From Candidatus Tayloriibacteriota bacterium (GTDB taxonomy: Bacteria > Patescibacteriota > Minisyncoccia > Phycocordibacterales > PALSA-1337), in contig JAQBRD010000016.1 of the NCBI GenBank assembly GCA_028286665.1, forward strand, positions 1 through 59,784: a DNA stretch of 59,784 nt, read 5' to 3'. The stretch's first letter is position 1. Each line of letters begins with the position of its first letter. The notes beneath the pieces were generated by a model. It was not told the DNA's origin and made no database searches. It saw only the letters and a program-made list of their open reading frames with translations. Of the stretch, positions 36,401-43,692 are shown one piece after another. The translations under genes and the position numbers were made by a program.

Positions 36401-36839
36401 CTCGCTTGAAGAGCTGCACGAATATCCACTGCGTCCATTTGTAGTATTCGGGATCGGTCGTGTTCACTTCTCGAGTCCAGTCATAGTCGAAGCCGATGTT
36501 CTCGAGCTGTTCCTTGAAATGCGCGACATTTTTCTTTACGGCGTCAGCCGGATTCGTCTTCATCTTGATCGCGTAATTCTCTGCAGGCAGGCCGAAAGCA
36601 TCGAAGCCCATCGGATGGAGGACTTCATGGCCCTGCATGCGTTTCATGCGCGAGACGATGTCGGTTGCGATATAGCCTTTCGGATGCCCGACATGGAGAC
36701 CCTCACCGGACGGATACGGGAACATGTCGAGGACGTAGAATTTCTTCTTCGCGCTATCGTCGCGCGTTCTGTAGATCTTCTTCGATGCCCAATTTTTCTG
36801 CCATTTCTTCTCGATTTTTGAGTGGTCGTATTGCTCCAT
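33441..36839 (-). CDS. leuS: leucine--tRNA ligase with two inserted Nudix-hydrolase domains
   Basis: HIGH (LHVGHPKGY), Zn finger CPVDK...CERCG, NWIGRSEG, VIAPEHPL, SAHDERD, SRQRYWGEPIP, KMSKR. In addition there are two perfect Nudix boxes, at nt 35982-36050 and 35001-35069. Confidence 0.95.
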   Translation of the reverse strand: MEQYDHSKIEKKWQKNWASKKIYRTRDDSAKKKFYVLDMFPYPSGEGLHVGHPKGYIATDIVSRMKRMQGHEVLHPMGFDAFGLPAENYAIKMKTNPADAVKKNVAHFKEQLENIGFDYDWTREVNTTDPEYYKWTQWIFVQLFKRGLAYESFEPINWCPVDKTGLANEDVEDGKCERCGTPVEKKMMRQWILKITDYADRMLKDLDAKNRDDIPHLVDRKNPPLAGKKSVERKTVHALVVNPKNGKILCIKWKKFPWTGFVIGGVEEGEDIVEAARREVLEETGYKNLKFIRVLGGIVKGEYYAAHKGENRVAYSNAIHFELIDDAQAPIGAEEKAKHAPVWLDPKKLNHDNFTCAELDVWMQRLNMSDAELAKIEAAADKPLLDWPESIKELQKNWIGRSEGVNFMCKIKDLGILVEMYNSVPQTYCAETFTVIAPEHPLVAELIKGTKNEKAVLEFVEKIKAKKAANRFDIDKDMEGMFTGRYIENFAGTGRDLPIWIASYVLADYGTGMVNCSAHDERDYAFAKKYDLPLHPVAEKLIKTTEGEDAVRPEAPYVERNAVMCVVKHWSEDKYLCLSTKAVDWKGFVIGGIEGNEGPAAAGVREIVEETGYANPEFVKILGGKLHAQFYHIVKKENRFAHFQPALFKLKNGDRKETSESEKALHDAVWLSSEEVSKFLNREALVIAWNRAHGIEDKPPVKNGILTEPAEFAGREWSEVRSDIIDHLVQKGYATRKVNYKLRPWVFSRQRYWGEPIPIIHCEKCGIVAVPEKDLPVKLPRVKFYEPTGTGESPLAAIEEWVNVKCPQCKGLGKRETNTMPQWAGSCWYYLRYMDPKNKKTFADSKKEHYWAPVDLYVGGAEHATRHLIYARFWHKFLYDIGVVTTIEPFKKLQHVGLIMAEDGRKMSKRWGNVVNPDEIIKNIGADSLRVYEMFIGPFDQQAAWSTNNAIGSRRFIERVWRLQEKVTAAEIIIGGNAAKIEALIHKTIKKVTEDIDAMRFNTAISTMMIAVNELERETTVSKGQYETLLKLLAPFAPHVADEIWQAKLKHKESIHVSAWPVFDAAKLAESTVEIIVQVNGKVRATFESETNAGNTDLEARALAISEIKKWIGDKPVKKVIIVKGRLVNVVI

Positions 36840-36887
36840 ATGATTGGAATTAAGAGTGAATATAGTATAGCACTTCTTCCTTGTCGC

Positions 36888-39098
36888 TTATTTGATCGGC
36901 CATTCGGTGACTATGAGCGGCAGCTTCTGCTTGTCGTCGACTGATCCTGGGATATATGACCAGATTTCTTCGGTAACGAAAGGTATGAACGGATGCAAGG
37001 TAATAAGCACTCTTTCGAGAGTTCGGAGGAGGAACTGCTGGCGCGATAGGACGACCGCCGGATCGACTGCTGCTGCGGAAGCATCCTTCGGGCCGAATGG
37101 ATTCGGTACGATCTTCTTGCTGTCTTCGAGGATGACATCGGCCAAGGTGTGCCAGACATAATGATAAAGCTTCTCTGCAGCCATATAGAAACGGTATTCT
37201 TCCATGTCCTTCGTAATATCGACGATGAGCGCATGGCGTTCCTCGCTGAGTTTCTTGTCAGCTTCGGTGTATGCGGTGAAATTTCGATCGTACGCGACGC
37301 CTTCGGTCGATGAAAGAATGAATCGGGTGATGTTCCAGATCTTGTTCGAGAAATTCTTGTATCCCTTGATCTTGTCTTCTCGGAGCGACATTTCGCTTCC
37401 TGGAGTATTGCCGACGACGAGGCCGAGGCGGAGCGCGTCGGTGCCGTATTTGTCGGTGAGATCGAGCGGATTGACCACATTTCCCTTGCTCTTGCTCATT
37501 TTTTTCCCCTGAGCATCATTCACCATGCCGTGGAGATATACGTATTTGAAAGGCTCCTTCTTCTCGAGATAGAGGCCGAAGATGACCATGCGCGGAATCC
37601 ATTTGAAGATGAGATCGGAGCCGGTTTCCATGACATTCGTCGGGTAGAAATTCTTGAAATCTGGCGAATCTGGATACCCGAGCGCGAGAAGCGGCCACTG
37701 GCCTGATGAGAACCATGTGTCGAAAGTATCGGTGTCCTTCGTGACTTCTGCCGATCCGCATTTCGGGCACTTCGAAATCGTTCCGTCGACATCGACGAAA
37801 TATTCTTTGCATCCGCCGCACAGCTTTGCCGGAACAGGAATTCCCCAGACGATCTGGCGCGAGATATTCCAATCGATGGTGTTCTCCATCCAATAGTTGA
37901 AGATCTTCCGGTAGTTATCAGGGATGAATTTCACTTTTTCCTCTGCGATAGCTTGCAATGCCTTGTCAGCAAGCGGTTTCATCTTCACGAACCACTGCGC
38001 CTTCACCTGCGGCTCGATGGCCGTACCGCATTTGTAGCAGCATGGAACGCTGTGCATATAATTTTCCTCAACCTTCTCGAGCAGTCCTTTCGCTTTGAGC
38101 TTCTCGACGATCTTCGGTCGAGCCTCGGCAATCTTCATGTCAGCGAATTCTCCTGCGATCGGCAAGAGCTTGCCTCTCCAGTCGATGATCTGCTCCTTCT
38201 CGAGCTTATGGCGTTCGGCGATCTCGAAGTCGATGCCGCTGTGCCACGGAGTGATGGTCATGACGCCGGTTCCGAAAGCCATGTCGATAGCCGCGTCCTT
38301 GATGACAGTCGCGGTGATCGGGCCATTGATCCATTCGAGATCGAACTTGTCGCCGTGCTTGTATTGCTCATATCGCTTGTCGTCCGGATGCATTACGACG
38401 TACTTGTCGCCGAACTTCGTCTCAGGACGAGCTGTTCCGATAATGAAAGGCCCGTATTTGAAATAGTAGAAGGCATCTTTCTGCTCTTTGCTCTCGGTCT
38501 CAACATCTGAGAGCGATGTCTGATGCTTCGAGCACCAGTTTACGATTCGCGAACCTCGGTATACGAGGCCATCATCAAAGAGCTTCTTGAAAGTATTCTG
38601 GACTTCCTTCACGATCTTCTCATCGAGCGTGAATCTATTGCGAGACCAATCGCATGAAGCGCCGATCTTCTGAATCTCGGACTCGATATGCTTCTTGTTC
38701 TCAAGCGTGAAGGCCATGATCTCATCATAGAGCTCTTTCGGCTCCATCTTGAAACGGGATCGTCCTTCCTTTTCGAGTTTTTTTTCGTACACCACCTGCG
38801 TCTCAAATCCGGCATGGTCAGTACCTGGAACCCAGAGAGCTTTGTAGCCCTGCATTCGCTTGAAGCGGATCATGATGTCTTCGAGGGTCATCGCGAGTGC
38901 GTGACCAGCGTGAATATGGCCGTTGGCATTGAGCGGCGGCATGATGATCGTATACGGCTTTGTGAAGCGGTTGCCGCCATTCGCTGCGCCGATCTCCGCG
39001 AGCTTGTCAGGGTTGAAATAGTCGCCGTCGAGCCACATTTTGTATATGCGGTCCTCTGTTTCCTTCGGGTTGTAGGGTTTCAGGAATTTGTCATTCAT
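36888..39098 (-). CDS. valS: valine--tRNA ligase (short form, 736 aa)
   Basis: PPLNANGHIHAGHAL (HIGH), GTARPETKFGD (editing domain), KKMSKSKGN. The conserved N-terminus starts at ATG 39098 (MNDKFLKPYNPKETEDRIYKMW). The upstream part of the ORF (to 39365) has no ValRS similarity. Confidence 0.93.
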   Translation of the reverse strand: MNDKFLKPYNPKETEDRIYKMWLDGDYFNPDKLAEIGAANGGNRFTKPYTIIMPPLNANGHIHAGHALAMTLEDIMIRFKRMQGYKALWVPGTDHAGFETQVVYEKKLEKEGRSRFKMEPKELYDEIMAFTLENKKHIESEIQKIGASCDWSRNRFTLDEKIVKEVQNTFKKLFDDGLVYRGSRIVNWCSKHQTSLSDVETESKEQKDAFYYFKYGPFIIGTARPETKFGDKYVVMHPDDKRYEQYKHGDKFDLEWINGPITATVIKDAAIDMAFGTGVMTITPWHSGIDFEIAERHKLEKEQIIDWRGKLLPIAGEFADMKIAEARPKIVEKLKAKGLLEKVEENYMHSVPCCYKCGTAIEPQVKAQWFVKMKPLADKALQAIAEEKVKFIPDNYRKIFNYWMENTIDWNISRQIVWGIPVPAKLCGGCKEYFVDVDGTISKCPKCGSAEVTKDTDTFDTWFSSGQWPLLALGYPDSPDFKNFYPTNVMETGSDLIFKWIPRMVIFGLYLEKKEPFKYVYLHGMVNDAQGKKMSKSKGNVVNPLDLTDKYGTDALRLGLVVGNTPGSEMSLREDKIKGYKNFSNKIWNITRFILSSTEGVAYDRNFTAYTEADKKLSEERHALIVDITKDMEEYRFYMAAEKLYHYVWHTLADVILEDSKKIVPNPFGPKDASAAAVDPAVVLSRQQFLLRTLERVLITLHPFIPFVTEEIWSYIPGSVDDKQKLPLIVTEWPIK

Positions 39099-39183
39099 AA
39101 CGTGGGCAGCGCATCGCGCAATGCCTATAAATATAGCAGAAATAAGGCTTTTTGCCACTCGCGAGGAGGCTTCGTTGGTATGC

Positions 39184-39212
39184 TTGACAAAGAATAATAA
39201 GTCTGCTAGTAT
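39184..39212 (+). promoter_or_regulatory. candidate promoter TTGACA-17-TAGTAT driving the non-coding locus
   Basis: TTGACA at 39184-39189 and TAGTAT at 39207-39212. It points away from valS into an ORF-poor region. Confidence 0.45.
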
Positions 39213-39219
39213 ACTCAAT

Positions 39220-39726
39220 ACGGCAATCTGATGGAATCCATTGGGTCTGCCGGTCGTAACAAAGCACACGAGCGAGAAAGTCTTGGGGTATTGACCAAGC
39301 TGCATATAAGCCAAGCAATGATTCGCCTGAGTGGAAGCTAAACAACTAGGCAGATCAAGTGGCAATATTCAAGATACAAAGGTTTGCAACTGACCACTAA
39401 GTCCATAATTGGAGCATCGGGTGGAAAAGTTAGGGCAATATTCGCAGCAGAGTGCGCGATGAGCCGTTACAAGCGATGGAGTCCGACCATAAGACTGAAG
39501 ATGCGAGCGGAGACTATCGCATCAAAGAATTATGGATTAAGCACAAGCGATCCTCAGTCTTCCCGGTAAAAAAAGGTGAGTTCCGGGAGCCACGCCTGAT
39601 TGTGACCAGCAAGTAAGTGGTCAGATACAGAGCGGAAAGGTAAAACTCGGTACCAGTGGTATCCAGAAGGCCAAAGTGTTCGTGGGTCGCCGATTGCCTT
39701 GTGCATCGGCGGCCCTTTCTTCTTTT
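39220..39726 (+). ncRNA. candidate structured non-coding RNA of about 0.5 kb, class unassigned
   Basis: 633-bp gap between valS and tkt. It has a plus-strand promoter-like element, several 5-7-bp hairpins (39282-39299, 39500-39523, 39603-39623), a 10-nt direct repeat GGCAATATTC (39361 and 39434) and a strong plus-strand terminator. The only ORF is a TTG-initiated one of 61 codons without an SD. Confidence 0.45.
39684..39726 (+). terminator. rho-independent terminator (plus strand)
   Basis: GGGTCGCCGATtgccttgtgcATCGGCGGCCCtttcttctttt: 11-bp stem (one G-U) plus a U-rich tail. The minus-strand version has no U tail. Confidence 0.75.
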
Positions 39727-39731
39727 ATATT

Positions 39732-40748
39732 TTATTTCTTCCTCAAAAGTACCTTCATGACAGCCGCCTTGATATGCGACTCCCCCATGCCGTAGTGCTC
39801 GATAAGCTCGTTCGGCGTTCCTGATTGGCCGAATTTGTCTGCGACGCCGACGAATTCGATCGGAACCGGACAATGCTGCGCGAGGCATTCGGCGACTGCT
39901 CCTCCGAGGCCTCCGGCGATCTGATGCTCTTCGACGGTGACGATGGCACCGCACTCCTGTGCCAATTTCCATACAGCTTCCTCATCGAGCGGCTTGATGG
40001 TCGTGATATTCAGAACTTTGACTGCTTTGCCCAGCTGCTCGAGCGCCTGCGCGACCTTAATCGCTTTGAAAACGAGCGCGCCGGTGGCGATGATGCCGAC
40101 CTCGGTTTTCTTGTCGGGCGTTTTTGACGCGTCTCCAGGCGAGAACATGAGCTGCGCCTTCCCGATGACGAATGGCGTCGCGTCGGTCGTGATGATTGGC
40201 GTCTTTTCGCGGGCGAGGCGGATATAGGTAGGGTCTTTCGTCATTGCGCATGCGATTGTCGCCTTCTTTGCCTCGATGGCATCGCATGGAGAGATGACGA
40301 CCATGCGCGGAATGACGCGAGTGATGGCGATGTCCTCGAGTGCCTGATGGGTGCCGCCATCCTGGCCGACAGAAATTCCTGCATGAGAGCCGGCGATCTT
40401 CACCGGGCGATCATTGTATGCGATCGTCGTGCGGATCTGTTCCCAGTTTCGTCCCGGAGAGAACATCGCGTATGAAGTAATGAAAGGAATCTTCCCCATC
40501 GCCGCCATTCCTGAAGCGACCGAAGCGAGATTCTGCTCAGCGACGCCCATCTCGATGAAGCGATCCGGAAAGCGCTGCTTGAAGAGATTCATCTGCGTCG
40601 AATCCGTGAGATCAGCGCAGAGCCCGACGACTCGCGTGTCATTGATGCCTGCCTGCAGGAGGCCTTCGCCGAAGCCTTTTCGGATCGGAACCTGCTCGAC
40701 ATCTGCGTCGAAGATCTTCGGATTGAGCTTTTGCGATGGATTGATCAT
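39732..40748 (-). CDS. transketolase, C-terminal (pyrimidine-binding) subunit
   Basis: GVAEQNLASVASGMAAMGKIPF, GSHAGISVGQDGGTHQALEDIA. 338 aa. Confidence 0.92.
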   Translation of the reverse strand: MINPSQKLNPKIFDADVEQVPIRKGFGEGLLQAGINDTRVVGLCADLTDSTQMNLFKQRFPDRFIEMGVAEQNLASVASGMAAMGKIPFITSYAMFSPGRNWEQIRTTIAYNDRPVKIAGSHAGISVGQDGGTHQALEDIAITRVIPRMVVISPCDAIEAKKATIACAMTKDPTYIRLAREKTPIITTDATPFVIGKAQLMFSPGDASKTPDKKTEVGIIATGALVFKAIKVAQALEQLGKAVKVLNITTIKPLDEEAVWKLAQECGAIVTVEEHQIAGGLGGAVAECLAQHCPVPIEFVGVADKFGQSGTPNELIEHYGMGESHIKAAVMKVLLRKK

Positions 40749-41035
40749 ATGAGATTATTCGGAATCAGATACCAGAAGCAGAATACGATGCTGACGATTG
40801 CGAATACGAGGAGTACCGCACCTTCGATTCGGCGGTACGAATACTCGAGTTCGGAGCATTTGTAGCCATAGCTCGATTCTTTGTTGAAGATGAGCGTGAT
40901 GCCGAGGAGCAGGCTCGAAATGAGGAATGCGAAAGCCCAGACCCGCTCAAACCAGCCCTGCGCCCAGAGCATGCTCACCGAAAGGACGAATATCAGTTTC
41001 AATGCGATCTCGATTTTCTTCAGGTTCTTCTTCAT
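40745..41035 (-). CDS. hypothetical 96-aa three-TM membrane protein lodged between the transketolase subunit genes
   Basis: Three hydrophobic segments. Its stop overlaps the start of the downstream tkt gene (ATGA, 4-nt overlap), which implies co-translation. Confidence 0.55.
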   Translation of the reverse strand: MKKNLKKIEIALKLIFVLSVSMLWAQGWFERVWAFAFLISSLLLGITLIFNKESSYGYKCSELEYSYRRIEGAVLLVFAIVSIVFCFWYLIPNNLI

Positions 41036-41065
41036 GTGTATGGAAATTATTTTTGATTATGCAGG

Positions 41066-41974
41066 TTACGCCGATTCGTTCTCGCTCTGTATCTTCCCGC
41101 CGAGGGTCCGGACATTCCAGAGCGCGCGCTTCACCTGCTCGATTTCTTCAGGCGTGGTCGGAGCCTTGCCATGCCATTCGAATTTGCCTTCGAATTCAGG
41201 CACGCCCTTTCCAGGAATCGTATACGCGATGATGACTGAAGGACGGTCTGAAACCGCTCGCGCCTGGCCGAAGGCTTCGTCGATCGCGCGGAAATTATGC
41301 CCGTCGACTTCCTGGACATGCCAGTTGAACGCGCGCCACTTATCCGGCAATGGATTGAGCGGCATGATATCCTCGGTGAAGCCGTCGATCTGGATATTGT
41401 TTCGATCGACGACGACGGTGAGATTGCCGAGGCGCTCCCGTCCGGCAAGCATGATCGCTTCCCAGTTCTGTCCTTCATCGAGCTCGCCGTCTCCGAGGAA
41501 GCAGTACATCTGCTTCGATCCGGTGCGGCCGGTATCGATCCGCTCGGCTATCGCCATGCCAACTGCCTGAGAAAGTCCCGACCCGAGCGGGCCAGATGAA
41601 GTCTCGAGCATCGGCAGCCACTCGCGATGCGGATGACCTTGGAGGCGCGAGCCGAATTTGCGGAGCGTCTTGAGTTCGCTCACGGGAAAATATCCCGAGT
41701 GCGCCATCGTTGCGTAGAGTACCGGGCAGATATGGCCGTTCGAGAGGACGACTCGATCGCGGTACTGCCAGTCGGGTTTCTTCGGATCATGCTTCAGCGC
41801 GATGAAGTAGAGGTATGTGAAAATATCCGTCATGTCGAGCGGACCTGCGGTATGCCCTGTCTTCGCTTCGATGAGCATCTCGATGATCGAGCGTCGGATG
41901 TCGAGCGCCTTCCCTTCGAGATCTTTTATTTTTTCGTCGGTGAGTGCCATGTGTTGGTGAAAGTATAGCATCAA
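41066..41974 (-). CDS. transketolase, N-terminal (thiamine-diphosphate-binding) subunit
   Basis: GHTAGPLDMTDI, SNGHICPVLYA, LGDGELDEGQNWEA. AAGGA SD before ATG 41974. An alternative start is ATG 41950. Confidence 0.92.
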   Translation of the reverse strand: MMLYFHQHMALTDEKIKDLEGKALDIRRSIIEMLIEAKTGHTAGPLDMTDIFTYLYFIALKHDPKKPDWQYRDRVVLSNGHICPVLYATMAHSGYFPVSELKTLRKFGSRLQGHPHREWLPMLETSSGPLGSGLSQAVGMAIAERIDTGRTGSKQMYCFLGDGELDEGQNWEAIMLAGRERLGNLTVVVDRNNIQIDGFTEDIMPLNPLPDKWRAFNWHVQEVDGHNFRAIDEAFGQARAVSDRPSVIIAYTIPGKGVPEFEGKFEWHGKAPTTPEEIEQVKRALWNVRTLGGKIQSENESA

Positions 41975-41992
41975 ACCGATCCTTGCGGCTGG

Positions 41993-42667
41993 CTATATAT
42001 TCTGAAAAGTGTGGATTGCTTCCGGGATGTTCTCTTCATTGAAGATCGATGATCCGATGATGAGGCGGTTCGCTCCGGCTTCCTTGAGAAGCAGCGCCGA
42101 GTCGTGATTCACCCCGCCGTCGACGGATATGATCATTTCAGGGTATTTCGCTCGGACTTCGCGGATCTTGTCGAGGACCTTCGGATCGAATGTCTGACCC
42201 TGGAATCCGATGCGGTCGATTCCCATGCACTGGATGAATCTGATCCGATTGCCATAGGTGCTGATGAGCTCATCGACTGCCGCCATCGGCGTATCTATGC
42301 TGACTGCGATGCCGATCTCTACGAGCTCTGTCGCATTCTCGAGCACTTTGTCGAAATGCTTCGTCGATTCGATGTGGATGACGACGCGCGCGGCACCTGC
42401 GGCGACCCAGCGAGCGATATCGTCTTCGGGATTCGTGACCATGAGGTCGATCTCATAATCGACATCTTCCCATGCAGGCATGCCGCGGTCTTCGCGGAGG
42501 ATTTCCTCGAAATTGGTGTCATGCTTCTTGTACGGCCAGCTGAAGCTCGAGACGAATCGTCCGTCGCAGATGTCTACCTGCACTACCGGAGCGAAGCCTC
42601 TGACGGACTCGATGCAAGTTTCGAGATCATTGAAGTCTTTTGGGAGGATTGCGGGGATTATTTCCAT
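41993..42667 (-). CDS. ribulose-phosphate 3-epimerase-like TIM-barrel protein (divergent)
   Basis: VQVDICDGRFV, EIDLMV, IGFQGQTFD, ISVDGGVN and IIGSSIF are co-linear with the Rpe motifs HxDvMDGxFV, DvHLM, PGFGGQxF, vDGG and vaGSaiF. Confidence 0.75.
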   Translation of the reverse strand: MEIIPAILPKDFNDLETCIESVRGFAPVVQVDICDGRFVSSFSWPYKKHDTNFEEILREDRGMPAWEDVDYEIDLMVTNPEDDIARWVAAGAARVVIHIESTKHFDKVLENATELVEIGIAVSIDTPMAAVDELISTYGNRIRFIQCMGIDRIGFQGQTFDPKVLDKIREVRAKYPEMIISVDGGVNHDSALLLKEAGANRLIIGSSIFNEENIPEAIHTFQNI

Positions 42668-42697
42668 ATATTTGAAATTATGATTCGTTGCTTAAAA

Positions 42698-43156
42698 TTA
42701 CTCGATATTATCGATGAGCGCGATTCGCCGTGCATGGCGCTTATCTCCTGAGAAAGGCGTCGTCAGCCAGAGATCGACGACGTTCTTCATCTGCTTTTCA
42801 TCGATGAAACGGGCGCCGAGCGACAGGACGTTCGCATCGTTATGCTCGCGGGACAATTTCACGATCTCGATCGGGCCGCCGTAGTAGACTGCTGCTCGGA
42901 CTTCCGGAAAGCGATTGCAGATCATCGCCTCGCCATTGCCTGAGCCGCCGAAGACGATCGCCTTGATATTTTGAGGGTCTTCGAGCACTCGCATAGCTAC
43001 AGGAATGAGCAATTTCGGATAATCATCCTCTGGATCAAGCGTATGCGCTCCCATATCCTCGACATTATAGCCGTTTTCCTTGAGATATGTGACGAGGATA
43101 TTCTTCAGTTCGAAGCCTGCGTGGTCGGTGCCGATGAGGATTTTGCCGTTTTTCAT
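42698..43156 (-). CDS. rpiB: ribose-5-phosphate isomerase B
   Basis: KILIGTDHAGFELKNILVTYLKENGYNVEDMG, GSGNGEAMICNRFPEVRAA: RpiB/LacAB family. Confidence 0.93.
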   Translation of the reverse strand: MKNGKILIGTDHAGFELKNILVTYLKENGYNVEDMGAHTLDPEDDYPKLLIPVAMRVLEDPQNIKAIVFGGSGNGEAMICNRFPEVRAAVYYGGPIEIVKLSREHNDANVLSLGARFIDEKQMKNVVDLWLTTPFSGDKRHARRIALIDNIE

Positions 43157-43177
43157 GGGGTGATTATAGCATTTATT

Positions 43178-43645
43178 TTAGAGCGGAGGAGAAAGCTTGA
43201 AATTGAAGCCGTACGATTCAAGCGGAGTCTCCTTGCCTGTCTTCGTTTTCGGCTCGATCTGTAATAGTGAAATTACGCAATGAGGAGTGATGGTGTCTTT
43301 GCCGAGCTCTATATCATAATCCTGTCCCCCATCGCCTTTGAATGAAATATGCGTCTTTACGACAACGGTGCCTGCCCAGATGCAATTCGCGTTTGCCTGA
43401 CACCTGCTATCCTGGATGATTTGATAAGGCTTGATCCTAAAATAGCCGACAGATATCTCATCGCCGAGCTTTATATATACTTCTATGTCAGGCTTACGGG
43501 CCAACTCATCCATATACTGTGCTGCGGTAGAGTGCTGCAGTCCAGTATCCTGCCCGTATTCCTTCGTCACACTGATGCTGCTGACATACATGCCTGCTGC
43601 AAGGAGAATCGCTACTGTTATTATTGCAACTATGATTTTCTTCAT
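43178..43645 (-). CDS. hypothetical membrane-anchored or secreted protein
   Basis: 155-aa ORF with an N-terminal signal-anchor (IIVAIITVAILLAAGMYV). No family recognised. Confidence 0.5.
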   Translation of the reverse strand: MKKIIVAIITVAILLAAGMYVSSISVTKEYGQDTGLQHSTAAQYMDELARKPDIEVYIKLGDEISVGYFRIKPYQIIQDSRCQANANCIWAGTVVVKTHISFKGDGGQDYDIELGKDTITPHCVISLLQIEPKTKTGKETPLESYGFNFKLSPPL

Positions 43646-43692
43646 CCGCTGATTATATCATGAGGCCTCTTAGAGATATCGTCGTGCGAATA

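Noticed and set aside
39099-39365. N-terminal extension of the valS ORF (the ORF track opens at 39365, giving 825 aa).
   Set aside because: ValRS similarity begins at ATG 39098 (MNDKFLKPYNP...). The 89 upstream codons are hydrophobic or odd in composition with no synthetase similarity. They run through the plus-strand promoter-like element and the start of the candidate ncRNA.
39220-39726. Assignment of the non-coding locus to RNase P RNA, tmRNA or SRP RNA.
   Set aside because: There are only short RNase-P-like strings. I could not build a long-range P4 helix, and the elements are not in canonical order. There is no tRNA-like acceptor/T-arm or tag ORF for tmRNA, and no GGAA-tetraloop domain IV for SRP. 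I left it unassigned pending a covariance-model search.
39099-39731. T-box leader or other cis-regulatory leader of valS on the minus strand. The minus strand contains UGGUACCG, which is reminiscent of the T-box core.
   Set aside because: The motif lies about 560 nt upstream of the valS start, and there is no specifier-loop/antiterminator/terminator arrangement near the start codon. The only strong terminator in the region has its U-tract on the plus strand.
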